Shown here: one piece after another, positions 17,831-28,182 of the stretch
How positions within the stretch are numbered: position 1 is the first letter of the stretch
Layout: every line of letters starts with the position of its first letter
DNA from: an uncultured Methanosarcinales archaeon
GTDB taxonomy: Archaea; Nanobdellota; Nanobdellia; Woesearchaeales; DSVV01
DNA: 51,781 nt
NCBI GenBank assembly: GCA_964593285.1
Contig: CAZQHZ010000002.1
Span: forward strand, 16,858 to 68,638
Direction: 5' to 3'
Translations under genes and position numbers: made by a program
Notes under the pieces: model-generated
What the model saw: the letters and a program-made list of their open reading frames with translations, nothing else
The model's database searches: none
What the model was told of the DNA's origin: nothing

Positions 17831-18262
17831 ATGGATAAAGAAAAAATAATTAAAAATTCAAGTACAGAAGATATCAAAAAATCTGATACTTCAAAAAAGA
17901 TTGCAGTTATTCTTATTAGAGGTCTTTGTAAAGTTAGAAAAGATATTAAAGACTCAATAATTTATTTAAATCTTCATAGAAAAAATTATTGTGCAATTGT
18001 TGTTAATACCAAAGATAATTTAGGAATGATTAATAAAGCTAAAGATTATTTAACTTGGGGCGAGATTGATTTAGACACCTATAAAGAATTATTAGAAAAA
18101 CGTTCTGAAAAAGATAAAGATGGAAATGTAAAAAAATTTTTTAGACTACATCCTCCAAGAGGTGGATTTGAACGAAAAGGTATTAAGAAAAATGTTGTTG
18201 AAGGCGGTGCTTTAGGATATCGTGGTGAAAAAATTAATGATTTAATAAAAAAAATGCTTTAG
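17831..18262 (+). CDS. rpl30: 50S ribosomal protein L30 (uL30)
   Basis: The sequence contains IAVILIRGLCKVRKDIKDSIIYLNLHRKN and follows operon order. Confidence 0.9.
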   Translation: MDKEKIIKNSSTEDIKKSDTSKKIAVILIRGLCKVRKDIKDSIIYLNLHRKNYCAIVVNTKDNLGMINKAKDYLTWGEIDLDTYKELLEKRSEKDKDGNVKKFFRLHPPRGGFERKGIKKNVVEGGALGYRGEKINDLIKKML

Positions 18263-18271
18263 GTTTTTAAA

Positions 18272-18733
18272 ATGATAAATAGAAGAAAGAAAAATGTTAA
18301 ATTTCGTGGATCTAAAACTCATGGTTATGGTTCAATGAAAAAGCATAGAGGTGCTGGCAATAGAGGCGGTAAGGGTATGGCTGGTACTGGTAAGCGAGGA
18401 GATGTTAAAAAACCAAGTATTTTAAAAGATAAAAAATATTTTGGTAAATATGGGTTTACTACTAAGAGAAGAAAATTTATTATTTCTGTTAATGTTAATT
18501 ATTTAGAATTGAGTTGTAATTCTTTATTAAATAAAGGAAAATTTATAAAAACTGACGATTTTATAAAAGTTGATTTAACTAAGCTTGGTGTGGATAAATT
18601 AATTGCTAAAGGAAAAGCTACTAAAAAATATAATGTTTTTTGTAAATTTGCAACACCTAAAGCAATTAAAGCAATCGAAGAAGCTGGTGGAAAAGTCACT
18701 ATATTAAAAGAAGAAAATCAAGAAGAAAAATAA
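18272..18733 (+). CDS. rpl15: 50S ribosomal protein L15 (uL15)
   Basis: The sequence contains FRGSKTHGYGSMKKHRGAGNRGGKGMAGTGKR. Confidence 0.93.
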   Translation: MINRRKKNVKFRGSKTHGYGSMKKHRGAGNRGGKGMAGTGKRGDVKKPSILKDKKYFGKYGFTTKRRKFIISVNVNYLELSCNSLLNKGKFIKTDDFIKVDLTKLGVDKLIAKGKATKKYNVFCKFATPKAIKAIEEAGGKVTILKEENQEEK

Positions 18734-18878
18734 ATATTAAATTTTATTAAAATTTATTATATTATATTTTTTTAATACAATCTTATTTATTACAAAGTAA
18801 ATTAAAAATAAAAAAATATATAAATTGTTTTTTAATTTCAATTTATAATAAAAAGTTTATTTGAAAAAAGGTTTAAAA

Positions 18879-20258
18879 ATGTCATTGTTAAATGTATTAA
18901 TAAATAATTTACCATCTGTTTCTTCACCTACACAAAAAAAATTACCTTTTAAAGAAAAAGCTAAATGGACAATAATTATGCTTGTTGCTTTTTTTATTTT
19001 AGGTATTGTACCATTATTTGGACTTGGTGCATCATTTTTAGAACAATTTGAATATTTATCAATGATTTTAGCTGCTGAATTTGGTTCACTTGTATCTTTA
19101 GGTATAGGACCAATTGTTACAGCATCTATTGTTTTACAATTATTAAATGGTTCTGGAATTTGGAAATTTGATTTGACAAGTGCTGAAGGGAAAAGTTTTT
19201 TTCAAGGTGTTCAAAAATTACTTGCTATATTTTTTGTTATATTTGAATCTTTTATTTTTGTAATGCTTGGGGCACTTGGTGCTGAATCACCTAATTTAAG
19301 ATGGGTTTTAATATTTCAATTAATTTTAGGTGGCTTTTTAATAATTTTAATGGATGAAGTTGTTCAAAAGTGGGGTATTGGTTCTGGAATTAGTTTATTT
19401 ATTGCAGGTGGTGTTTCTAAAGAAATTTTTGTAAAAGCTTTTTCTTGGATAAAATTAGAAGGAAGTGATTATTCTGTTGGTGCTGTAATTAGATTTTTTG
19501 AAGCAATTTTTGCTGCGGATTTAGCAATTGCAGGTCAATCTTTAGGTTTAATTATTTCAACTTTAGTAATTTTTGCAATAGCAGTATATTTACAGGCAAT
19601 GAAAGTTGAAATACCTTTGTCTTTTGGCAGAGTTAGGGGACATGGTGTTAGATGGCCTTTAAATTTTTTATATACTAGCGTACTTCCAGTAATTTTGGTT
19701 GCAGCTTTATTTGCTAATTTACAGTTATTAGCACAGATGCTTGTAAGTAAAGGATATGGTTTTTTAGGAAATCCTGAAAATAATACTGGTTTTGTGTCAT
19801 GGCTTCATGCACCAGGTGATCATACAGGATTAATTGGTTTAATTATTCAAAGTGGTGGTTTTTTTAATATTGGTATAACCCCTTATTTACAATCTATTAC
19901 TTATATGCTTGCAATGATAATTGGTTGTGTAGTTTTTTCATATTTTTGGGTTCAAACAGCAGGAATGGATGCAAAATCTCAAGCTAAAAATATGATGTCT
20001 TCGGGCTTACAAATTCCTGGATTTAGAAAAGATCAAAGGGTTTTAGAAAGATTACTTAAACGGTATATTGGCCCTTTAACAATAATGGGTGGTATTGCTA
20101 TTGGTTTTATTGCAAGTTTTGCAGATATTTTGGGTGCATTATCAATGGGTACTGGTATTTTGCTTGCTGTTATGATTATTTATAAGATTTATGAAGAAAT
20201 TGCAAAACAACATATGATGGATATGCATCCTGCAATGCGTAAATTTATGGAAAAATAA
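18879..20258 (+). CDS. secY: Protein translocase subunit SecY
   Basis: It has 10 TM segments, LPFKEKAKWTIIML and GSGISLFI. It sits in the conserved position after L15. The ATG at 18879 is preferred over the TTG at 18861. Confidence 0.93.
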   Translation: MSLLNVLINNLPSVSSPTQKKLPFKEKAKWTIIMLVAFFILGIVPLFGLGASFLEQFEYLSMILAAEFGSLVSLGIGPIVTASIVLQLLNGSGIWKFDLTSAEGKSFFQGVQKLLAIFFVIFESFIFVMLGALGAESPNLRWVLIFQLILGGFLIILMDEVVQKWGIGSGISLFIAGGVSKEIFVKAFSWIKLEGSDYSVGAVIRFFEAIFAADLAIAGQSLGLIISTLVIFAIAVYLQAMKVEIPLSFGRVRGHGVRWPLNFLYTSVLPVILVAALFANLQLLAQMLVSKGYGFLGNPENNTGFVSWLHAPGDHTGLIGLIIQSGGFFNIGITPYLQSITYMLAMIIGCVVFSYFWVQTAGMDAKSQAKNMMSSGLQIPGFRKDQRVLERLLKRYIGPLTIMGGIAIGFIASFADILGALSMGTGILLAVMIIYKIYEEIAKQHMMDMHPAMRKFMEK

Positions 20259-20297
20259 TTTATTTTTATTTTTTTAAAAAGAGGTTTTATTAGATAA

Positions 20298-21125
20298 ATG
20301 GTATTAACAATTTTTAATTCAATTTTAGATCCTATTTTTTCTCCTTTATTAGTATTAGAGCCATTATTATCTTTAGTTATTATTTCTTTTTTAATAGCAC
20401 TACTTACAACTTTAGCTTATAAAAAATTTACCGATCAAAGTTTGATGAAAGATTTAAAAGACGAAATTAAAACACTTCAAAAACAGATGAAAGAATTAAA
20501 AGATAAACCTGATAAAATGCTTAAAGTTCAAAAAAAAGTTATGGATACTAATATGAAATATATGATGCATTCATTAAAGCCTATGTTTTTTACGTTTATT
20601 CCAATTATTCTTATCTTTGGTTGGCTACATTCTCACATGGCATATTATCCTATTGTTGAAGATCAAGAATTTACAGTAACTATTTTTTTTGAAGAAAATT
20701 ATGATGATTTAGTTTCTTTAGAAAAATTACCAAATGATGTGTTTTTAGTTAAAGGTGATTTAAATCAAAAAATTGCAGATTATAATACAGAGTGGGTTTT
20801 AACTGGAAAACAGGGGGATTATAATTTAAAGTTTAATTTTAAAGATGAAATATTTGAAAAAATTATAAAAATAGCTAAAGATGAAAAAAAACGAGAATAT
20901 GCATCTCCTGTTATTTCACAAAAAGATAATCAAATGTTTTCTGAATTTGGTATTGAAAGGGTAGAAGTTAATAATCAAAGAGTTAGACCTTTAAAAGATG
21001 CACCATTTGTTGGTGGTATTTTAGGTTCTATTCCATGGGTTGGTAATTTTGGGTGGCTTGGTACATATATTTTACTTTCAATTTTTTTTAGTATAACTCT
21101 TAGAAAATTGTTAAAAGTTTATTAG
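20298..21125 (+). CDS. DUF106 / EMC3-TMCO1-like membrane protein (archaeal Oxa1/YidC-superfamily homologue) with an extra soluble insert
   Basis: TM1 is followed by the coiled-coil DLKDEIKTLQKQMKELKDKPDKMLKVQKKVMDTNMKYMMHSLKPMFFTFIPI. The gene neighbours secY, as MJ0480 does in methanogens. Confidence 0.6.
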   Translation: MVLTIFNSILDPIFSPLLVLEPLLSLVIISFLIALLTTLAYKKFTDQSLMKDLKDEIKTLQKQMKELKDKPDKMLKVQKKVMDTNMKYMMHSLKPMFFTFIPIILIFGWLHSHMAYYPIVEDQEFTVTIFFEENYDDLVSLEKLPNDVFLVKGDLNQKIADYNTEWVLTGKQGDYNLKFNFKDEIFEKIIKIAKDEKKREYASPVISQKDNQMFSEFGIERVEVNNQRVRPLKDAPFVGGILGSIPWVGNFGWLGTYILLSIFFSITLRKLLKVY

Positions 21126-21255
21126 ATTGGTTTTTTTCTTAATTTTTAAATAATTATTATTGATTTAATTAATAATTTCAAATATTTTTAAGATGTAAAA
21201 TTATTTTAAAAAGAAGATATTGTAAAAATTATTTTTTATTTTATTTTTTATTTAA

Positions 21256-22116
21256 TTAAATTGTACATATTAATCCATAAATTATTGGTGTTACAAATAT
21301 TTCTATAATTGCTGCAAGGATTAATAAGCCAAAAGCTATTGTAATCATTGTTCCACTATCAAGTATGATGTTTGAAAATTTTTTTGATGTGAATGAATGT
21401 TTTACAACAGCAATAGATACTATTCCCATTGCAAGACCTGCAATGAAAAAAGAAACCATTTCAATTATGCCATGTGGTAAATATCTAATAAAATATGCAC
21501 ACGAATATACTTTAAAGTAACCTGCAATTTGTTCAAATCCAACAAGACCTGCAAGTTTTGCAATTTCTGTACTAATTAAATTTCCTATTGCAAAACCAAC
21601 AATAGATGCATTCCAAGCTAATATGTATATAGCACCAAGACCATAGATAAATGAAAAAAACATACAAAGAACTAAAACAATTAAATTATTAGAAAGAATT
21701 TCAAAGAAAGCTCCTTCTAAACTATATGCTCCACTCATCATATTTTCATATGTAGTTAATTGTGCTTCAAATAATTCATCAGTTACTTCTTCTGGTAAAA
21801 ATATATTTCCAAGTGAAAATGCAATACTCATCCCAATAAATAGACAGATAAAAACTTTTAGTGCTTTTGAGTGTTGTTTTAGTAATTTTGTTTCATTAAA
21901 GCATGTTTCATCTTTTTTTTCTTCATATTTTATAGTATTATAAACAAGAGGCATACATGCTAGAACTGTAAAAAAAACTTTTAAAACAGATGAGTAATCA
22001 GGTTGAATTAAATAAGCTAAAAACATTGCAACAAATGTATAAAACATACCAACTAATATCATTAATGAAGGTCTTTTTTGTGCAGATTTTGCAGTGAATA
22101 ATAAATCTATTATCAT
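21256..22116 (-). CDS. SpoIIM/DUF95-family integral membrane protein
   Basis: The protein is multi-TM and contains the family-like motif YLPHGIIEMVSFFIAGLAMG. Confidence 0.6.
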   Translation of the reverse strand: MIIDLLFTAKSAQKRPSLMILVGMFYTFVAMFLAYLIQPDYSSVLKVFFTVLACMPLVYNTIKYEEKKDETCFNETKLLKQHSKALKVFICLFIGMSIAFSLGNIFLPEEVTDELFEAQLTTYENMMSGAYSLEGAFFEILSNNLIVLVLCMFFSFIYGLGAIYILAWNASIVGFAIGNLISTEIAKLAGLVGFEQIAGYFKVYSCAYFIRYLPHGIIEMVSFFIAGLAMGIVSIAVVKHSFTSKKFSNIILDSGTMITIAFGLLILAAIIEIFVTPIIYGLICTI

Positions 22117-22225
22117 TTGGACAAATTATTAAATTTATTATTTAAATATTTTTGGAATTTAATCTTTTTTTATTATGTTTGAAATTCATAAAATATATAA
22201 ATAATCTGTATTTTAATTTTATAAA

Positions 22226-23908
22226 ATGGATTCTTATGAAAATAGACATATTGCTTATTTTAGCATGGAAATTGGGCTTGATTTTGATATTCCAACATAT
22301 TCTGGCGGTCTTGGTGTTCTTGCTGGTGATACTTTAAAGAGCTGTGCAGATTTAAAAGTACCAATCGTTGGTGTTACTCTACTTTATAAAAAAGGTTATT
22401 TTAAACAAAAAATTGATGATAATGGTAATCAACTTGAAGAAGATGAAGATTTTAATTATAAGGATGAATTTACAGAATTACCAAATACCGTTACTATTAA
22501 TATTGAAGGAAGAGAAGTTAAATTAAAAGGATGGTATTATAAGGTTTTTGGAATTAGTGGCTTTGAAGTTCCAATTGTATTTTTAGATAGTGATTTGTTA
22601 GAAAATTCAGATTATGATAAACAAATTACTCAAAAATTATATGCTAATGATAGAAGATATAGGTTTGCTCAAGAGATTATTTTAGGAATTGGTGGAGTTA
22701 GAATGCTTTTGGCAAATGGATTTATTAATATTCAAAAATATCATATGAATGAAGGGCATTCTTCATTATTAACACTTGAAGTTGCAAAAAATTTAAATGA
22801 TTTAGAAAAAGAAAATTTTTTAAAAAATACTCGAAAAAAATGTGTGTTTACTACACATACGCCAGTTCCTGCAGGGCATGATTCTTTTGATAAAAGTTTA
22901 GTTGAAAATATGCTTGGTGAATATTTAGAAGATAAATTTAAAGAAGTAATTTTTAAAGATTCTATGTTAAATATGACTTATTTGGGCTTAATTTTTAGTA
23001 AATTTATTAACGGAGTTGCAAAGCAGCATAGTGAAGTTTCAAGGAATATGTTTCCTGGTTATTATATTGAATCTATTACAAATGGAATTCATTCAAATTT
23101 TTGGACAGCTCAACCATTTAAGGATTTATTTGATTTAAAACTTAGTGGTTGGCGCAGTGATCCTTTTTGTCTTCGATATGCTTTAGGTATTTCAAAGGAT
23201 GAAATTTTAGATGCCCATATGAAAACAAAAAAGGAATTGATAGATTTTGTTAATCAAAAATATAATTTAGAAATGAAAAATGATGTTTTTACTATAGGTT
23301 TTGCAAGACGTGCAGCAACATATAAACGAGGGGATTTATTATTTTATGATATAAATAGATTAATTGAAATTGGTTCAAAATATGATGGGATACAAATTAT
23401 TTATGGTGGTAAAGCACATCCAAGTGATACACAAGGAAAAGAAGTAATAAAAAAAATAATTGATCATATGAAGCAAGTTAAAGATAAAATTAAAGTTTGT
23501 TATATTGAAAATTATAATATCGAAATTGCAAAATTATTAACTTCTGGTGTTGATATTTGGCTGAATACTCCAATGAGGCCAAAGGAAGCATCTGGAACTT
23601 CTGGAATGAAAGCTTCTCATAATGCAATCCCTCATTTTTCTGTTTTAGATGGATGGTGGCTTGAAGGGCATATAGAAGGTATTACTGGTTGGAGCATTGG
23701 GCCTCATCCAAAAAAATGTCTTGAAAATTCTAATGAAATAGATTCAAAGGATTTATATGATAAATTAGAGAATTTAATTTTGCCTAAATTTTATGAAAAT
23801 AAAAAAGAATGGGTTGATATAATGAGGCACTCTATTGCTATAAATGCTTCTTTTTTTAATACACACAGAATGGTACAACAATATGTAATTAATGCATATT
23901 TTAGTTAA
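22226..23908 (+). CDS. glgP: Alpha-glucan (glycogen/maltodextrin) phosphorylase, short GT35 type
   Basis: The sequence contains YFSMEIGL, GGLGVLAGDTLKSCADL and EASGTSGMKA (the PLP Lys). Confidence 0.88.
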   Translation: MDSYENRHIAYFSMEIGLDFDIPTYSGGLGVLAGDTLKSCADLKVPIVGVTLLYKKGYFKQKIDDNGNQLEEDEDFNYKDEFTELPNTVTINIEGREVKLKGWYYKVFGISGFEVPIVFLDSDLLENSDYDKQITQKLYANDRRYRFAQEIILGIGGVRMLLANGFINIQKYHMNEGHSSLLTLEVAKNLNDLEKENFLKNTRKKCVFTTHTPVPAGHDSFDKSLVENMLGEYLEDKFKEVIFKDSMLNMTYLGLIFSKFINGVAKQHSEVSRNMFPGYYIESITNGIHSNFWTAQPFKDLFDLKLSGWRSDPFCLRYALGISKDEILDAHMKTKKELIDFVNQKYNLEMKNDVFTIGFARRAATYKRGDLLFYDINRLIEIGSKYDGIQIIYGGKAHPSDTQGKEVIKKIIDHMKQVKDKIKVCYIENYNIEIAKLLTSGVDIWLNTPMRPKEASGTSGMKASHNAIPHFSVLDGWWLEGHIEGITGWSIGPHPKKCLENSNEIDSKDLYDKLENLILPKFYENKKEWVDIMRHSIAINASFFNTHRMVQQYVINAYFS

Positions 23909-23909
23909 A

Positions 23910-23923
23910 TTTTTTCTTTTTTT
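23910..23923 (+). terminator. Oligo-T tract (T6-C-T7) immediately after the glgP stop
   Basis: The tract ttttttcttttttt starts 2 nt after the TAA. Archaeal termination commonly uses oligo-T signals. Confidence 0.4.
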
Positions 23924-24058
23924 ACATTTGTAAAGTAAAAACATTACATTTATAAATAAATAAATTGTTCAAAAAGTATATGAGAGATAAATGAGAAGAT
24001 TGCAGGCAAAATTAGCTTTTCTTCTCTATTGAAAAAAAGCCTGAAAAAATAATTAATT

Positions 24059-24424
24059 ATGGTAAAAAATAAAATTAAACCAATTTTACCTTGTTTAAAA
24101 GAAAAAAAAAGGTATTTAGTTTTTGAAATTATTTTAGAAAAAACTATAGAAACTAATAAATTATATTTTCATTTAAATAAAATTTTAAAAAATATTTTTG
24201 GAGTTTTTGCCTATTCAAGTTCAGGTATAATTTTATTAAAAAAATTTTTTAAAAATAATGGTAATAGTAATTTAGGCATAATCAAAATAGATAATCAATA
24301 TTTAGAAATGCTTAAAGCTTCATTTTGTTTGATTACAAAAATTGATGATGTTAAAATTATGGTTAGAACTATTAAAGTATATGGTTCAATAAAAAAAGCA
24401 TCAAACTTAATTGAAGTAAGTTAA
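24059..24424 (+). CDS. rnp2: RNase P protein component 2 (Pop5/Rpp14)
   Basis: The sequence contains LPCLKEKKRYLVFEI and VYGSIKKA. It is the first gene of the conserved Pop5-PsmA-SBDS-exosome superoperon. Confidence 0.8.
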   Translation: MVKNKIKPILPCLKEKKRYLVFEIILEKTIETNKLYFHLNKILKNIFGVFAYSSSGIILLKKFFKNNGNSNLGIIKIDNQYLEMLKASFCLITKIDDVKIMVRTIKVYGSIKKASNLIEVS

Positions 24425-24460
24425 ATAAAATTAAAAAATAATTTTAAAGGAGGAGAAAAA

Positions 24461-25213
24461 ATGCAACCGATGAATCATCAAATAATGGGATATGATAGGG
24501 CTATTACTATGTTTAGTCCAGATGGTAGGCTTTTGCAAGTAGAATATGCAAAAAAAACAGTAAAACAAGGCAGTACTGCTCTTGGAATTGTATGTAAGGA
24601 TGGAGTATTATTATGTACAGATAAACGAATTGTTGATAAGTTAGTTGTTCCAAATTCTGTTGAAAAAATTTTTAAAATAGATGACCACATTGCAACAACA
24701 GCTTCAGGTATTTTATCTGATGCAAGAATTTTAGTTGAAAGAGCTCAATTAAAAGCTCAGCAACATTCTGTAACATATGATAGTTCTATTGATACATTAA
24801 CAGTTGTTAAAGATTTATCAAATTTAAAACAATTATGTACACAGTCAGGTGGTCTTAGACCTTTTGGTGTTTCTTTATTAATTGCTGGAATTGATAATAA
24901 TACTTGCAAATTGTTTGAAACAGATCCAACAGGAATTTTTTTCCAATATAAGGCTGCTGCAATTGGAGAAGGTGAAACTGAAGTTGAAGAAATTTTAACT
25001 AAAGAATATTCTGAAGATATAACTATTAAAGAAGGTTTAAAATTAGCTATTAAAGCACTTCATTCATTCATTGGAGATGATTTAATAGTTGATCGTCTTG
25101 ATTGTGTTTATATAGAAAAAACAGAAAAGAAGTATAAAACATTTTCAAACGAAATAATTTTAGATGTTTTAAATAATATAAAACAAAATCAAAAAAAATC
25201 TAAAAAGATGTGA
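24461..25213 (+). CDS. psmA: Proteasome subunit alpha
   Basis: The sequence contains the alpha-type signature GYDRAITMFSPDGRLLQVEYA. Confidence 0.93.
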   Translation: MQPMNHQIMGYDRAITMFSPDGRLLQVEYAKKTVKQGSTALGIVCKDGVLLCTDKRIVDKLVVPNSVEKIFKIDDHIATTASGILSDARILVERAQLKAQQHSVTYDSSIDTLTVVKDLSNLKQLCTQSGGLRPFGVSLLIAGIDNNTCKLFETDPTGIFFQYKAAAIGEGETEVEEILTKEYSEDITIKEGLKLAIKALHSFIGDDLIVDRLDCVYIEKTEKKYKTFSNEIILDVLNNIKQNQKKSKKM

Positions 25214-25218
25214 TAAAA

Positions 25219-25917
25219 ATGGTTGATGTAGATAAAGCGGTTATTGCTCGATTAAGAATTTCTGGAACTACTCTTGAAATACTTGTAGATTCTGAAAAGG
25301 CTTTAAAATTTAAAGAAGGAGAAAATATAGATATTCAAGAAATTGTATCAACACAAAAAGTTTTTTTTGATGCAAAAAAAGGCCAATTAGCTTCAGAAAA
25401 TAAAATTCAAGAATTTTTTGGAACTACTAATTTTTTTGAAGTTGCAAAAGAAATTATTAAAAAAGGCGATATACAAGTAACTGCAGAATACAAAAACAAA
25501 TTATTTTTGGAAAAAAAACAAAGAATAATAAATAAAATTCAAACATATTGCATTGATAGTAAAACAGGAAATCCTATACCTTTAACAAGATTGGAATTGG
25601 CATTTGAAGAAGCAAAAATAAAAATTAGTGAACACAAAGATGATGATTCACAAATTGCAGATATTATAAAAAAATTACGATCAATAATTCCAATAAAAAT
25701 GGAATTTGTTAATTTGAAAATAAATATCCCTTCAATTTATGCAGCTAAAGCTTTTCCATTAGTTAAAGAAATTTCAAAAATAAAAAAAGAGAATTGGCTA
25801 AATGATGGTTCATGGGATTGTTTAATAGAAGTTCCTGCAGGATTGAAAAACGATGTAATTGATAAATTAAATAGTATTACTAAAGGTGAAGTTGAAATTA
25901 AAATCGTTGAAAAATAA
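25219..25917 (+). CDS. sdo1: SBDS-family ribosome maturation protein
   Basis: The sequence contains KAVIARLRISGTTLEILVD and sits in the expected superoperon position. The ATG at 25219 is preferred over the GTG at 25210. Confidence 0.85.
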   Translation: MVDVDKAVIARLRISGTTLEILVDSEKALKFKEGENIDIQEIVSTQKVFFDAKKGQLASENKIQEFFGTTNFFEVAKEIIKKGDIQVTAEYKNKLFLEKKQRIINKIQTYCIDSKTGNPIPLTRLELAFEEAKIKISEHKDDDSQIADIIKKLRSIIPIKMEFVNLKINIPSIYAAKAFPLVKEISKIKKENWLNDGSWDCLIEVPAGLKNDVIDKLNSITKGEVEIKIVEK

Positions 25918-25980
25918 TTTTTAATAATATCTAATTTAAAAAAATTATTTTAAATTTATAATAATAAGGTGAAAAGAAAA

Positions 25981-26694
25981 ATGAGCGAAATTTATGTTAA
26001 GAACAGAGATGTTGCAGTTCCAGGAGATATTTTAGCTAAAGGGATGGATTATTTACCTGGATTTGGAACATATAGGAAAAAAGATTTAATTATAGGATCA
26101 AGACTTGGTCTTATAAAAGTTGATGGTAGAGCAATTAAGCTAACTCCACTAACAGGAAGATATATTCCTAAAAAAAACGATGTTGTTATTGGAAAAGTTA
26201 TTGACATTACTATGAGTGGCTGGAGATTAAATATTAATTCTGCATATTCTGGAATGTTAATGATGAAGGATGCAACTTCTGAATTTATACAAAAAGGTGC
26301 TGATTTAACTAAATTTTTTGATTTAGGTGAATATATGGTATGTAAAATAGTTAATGTAACTTCTCAAAAACTAGTTGATTTAACTATGAAAGGGCCTGGA
26401 TTAAAAAAGTTAAATTCAGGTAGAATTATTACTGTTAATCCATATAAAGTTCCAAGAATTATAGGTAAACAAGGTTCAATGGTTAGTATGATTAAAGATG
26501 CTACAGGTTGTTATATTGTTGTTGGTCAAAATGGTTTAATTTGGCTTAAGGGTGAAGCAAAGAATGAAACAATTGCTATCATGTGTATAAAAATGATTGA
26601 ACAAGAAGCACATATTCCTGGACTTACAACAAGAATAAAAGAATTTCTTGAAAAAAAACTAAATAAAGAAATTAATATTAATAAAGGTGAATAA
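25981..26694 (+). CDS. rrp4: Exosome complex RNA-binding protein Rrp4 (S1 + KH)
   Basis: The S1 region is GDVVIGKVIDITMSGWRLNI and the KH region is VPRIIGKQGSMVSMIKDATG. AGGTGA lies 8 nt upstream of the ATG at 25981. Confidence 0.88.
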   Translation: MSEIYVKNRDVAVPGDILAKGMDYLPGFGTYRKKDLIIGSRLGLIKVDGRAIKLTPLTGRYIPKKNDVVIGKVIDITMSGWRLNINSAYSGMLMMKDATSEFIQKGADLTKFFDLGEYMVCKIVNVTSQKLVDLTMKGPGLKKLNSGRIITVNPYKVPRIIGKQGSMVSMIKDATGCYIVVGQNGLIWLKGEAKNETIAIMCIKMIEQEAHIPGLTTRIKEFLEKKLNKEININKGE

Positions 26695-26696
26695 AA

Positions 26697-27419
26697 ATGA
26701 CTTATACTAAAAGACATGATGGACGAGGAAACGATGAACTTAGGCCTATAGAAATAAAAGCTGGAATTATTCCAAATGCTGATGGGTCATGTTATTTTAA
26801 GATTGGAAAAACTATAGCTTATTGTGCAGTTTATGGTCCAAGAGATTTACATCCAAGATTTATGCAAGATCCATCTGGTGGAGTTTTGCGTTGTAATTAT
26901 AATATGATGCCATTTTCTGGTATTGGTGATAGAGTACGGCCTGGTGCAAATCGGCGTTCTAAAGAAATTTCGATGGTTATTGAAAAATCATTAAAAAATG
27001 TTGTAGATTTAAAAGATTTTCCAAATTCTGTAGTTGATGTTTTTATAGAGTTACCACAAACAGATGCAGGTTCAAGGTGTGCAGCTATTTGTGCAGCTTC
27101 TGTTGCACTAGCAGATGCTGGAATTTTGATGAAAGATTTGGTTGCTTCTGTTTCTGTTGGAAAAGTTGACAAATTAATTGTTGTTGATTTAGATTATGAA
27201 GAAGAAGCTTATGATGAAGGAGAAGTTGCAGATATTCCTCTTGCAATAATTCCATCTACCGGTGAGATTACACTACTTCAAATGGATGGTGAAATTAATA
27301 AGGATGAATTGTTTAATGCAATTGAAATTGGAAAAAAAGCATGTCTTAAAATAAACGAATTACAAAAAAATGCACTTAAAGAAAAGTATAAAATTGAGGC
27401 TGATTTAAATGGAGAATGA
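26697..27419 (+). CDS. rrp41: Exosome complex exonuclease Rrp41 (RNase PH domain)
   Basis: The sequence contains RHDGRGNDELRPIEIKAGIIPNADGSCYF and PQTDAGSRCAAI. Confidence 0.92.
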   Translation: MTYTKRHDGRGNDELRPIEIKAGIIPNADGSCYFKIGKTIAYCAVYGPRDLHPRFMQDPSGGVLRCNYNMMPFSGIGDRVRPGANRRSKEISMVIEKSLKNVVDLKDFPNSVVDVFIELPQTDAGSRCAAICAASVALADAGILMKDLVASVSVGKVDKLIVVDLDYEEEAYDEGEVADIPLAIIPSTGEITLLQMDGEINKDELFNAIEIGKKACLKINELQKNALKEKYKIEADLNGE

Positions 27420-28179
27420 ATTAAAAAAACACATTCTAGAATCATTAAAGCAAGATATTAGAGTTGATGGTAGAAAATGTAATGATTTACGAGAAATTGT
27501 TGTTGAAACAGATGTATCTAGTACTGCTGAGGGTTCTGCTAGGGTAAAAATTGGAACAACTGAAGTTATGGCTGGAGTTAAATTAGGTATAGGAACACCA
27601 TTTCCTGATAGACCTGACGAGGGTGCAATTATGATGAATGTTGAATTATTACCTTTATCAAGTCCTGAATTTGAATCAGGACCTCCTGGAATGCAAGCTA
27701 TTGAACTTGCAAGGGTTGTTGATAGAGGAATTAGAGAAAGTAAAGCAATTGATTTAAAAAAACTTTCAATTAAAAAAGGAGAAAAATGTTGGATAGTTCA
27801 AGTGGATATTTGTTCAATAAATGATTCAGGAAATTTACTTGATGCAAGTGCACTTGCAGTGCTTGCTGCCTTAAAAAATACTGTTTTTCCAAAATATGAA
27901 AATGATGAAATAAATTATAAGGAAAAATCAGATAAAAAACTTGAGTTAAATAAGGTACCAATAACTGTAACTGTTTTTAAGCTTGGTGATGTTTTTTTAG
28001 TAGATCCATTACCTAATGAAGAAAATAATTTTGATGCAAGGCTTAGTGTTGCAATGACAGAAGATAATAAAATATGTGCTTTACAGAAAGGTGGATTTTC
28101 GCCTTTAGTCTCAGATGAGATAATTAAAATGATTGAAATTGCAGAAGAGAAATCTAAAGAACTAAGAAAATTCTTATAA
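27409..28179 (+). CDS. rrp42: Exosome complex component Rrp42
   Basis: The sequence contains RVDGRKCNDLREIVVETDVSSTAEGSARV. It overlaps rrp41 by 11 nt. Confidence 0.9.
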   Translation: MENELKKHILESLKQDIRVDGRKCNDLREIVVETDVSSTAEGSARVKIGTTEVMAGVKLGIGTPFPDRPDEGAIMMNVELLPLSSPEFESGPPGMQAIELARVVDRGIRESKAIDLKKLSIKKGEKCWIVQVDICSINDSGNLLDASALAVLAALKNTVFPKYENDEINYKEKSDKKLELNKVPITVTVFKLGDVFLVDPLPNEENNFDARLSVAMTEDNKICALQKGGFSPLVSDEIIKMIEIAEEKSKELRKFL

Positions 28180-28182
28180 TTT

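Noticed and set aside
22152-22337. A 61-aa ORF overlapping the start of glgP.
   Set aside because: It starts with TTG, has a low-complexity hydrophobic translation, and overlaps the well-supported phosphorylase N-terminus (YFSMEIGL).
23981-24026. The GAGAAGA ... TCTTCTC inverted repeat upstream of the Pop5 gene, considered as a regulatory hairpin or small RNA.
   Set aside because: It is a 7-bp A/G-rich stem with a 20-nt loop and weak predicted stability, and nothing else supports it.
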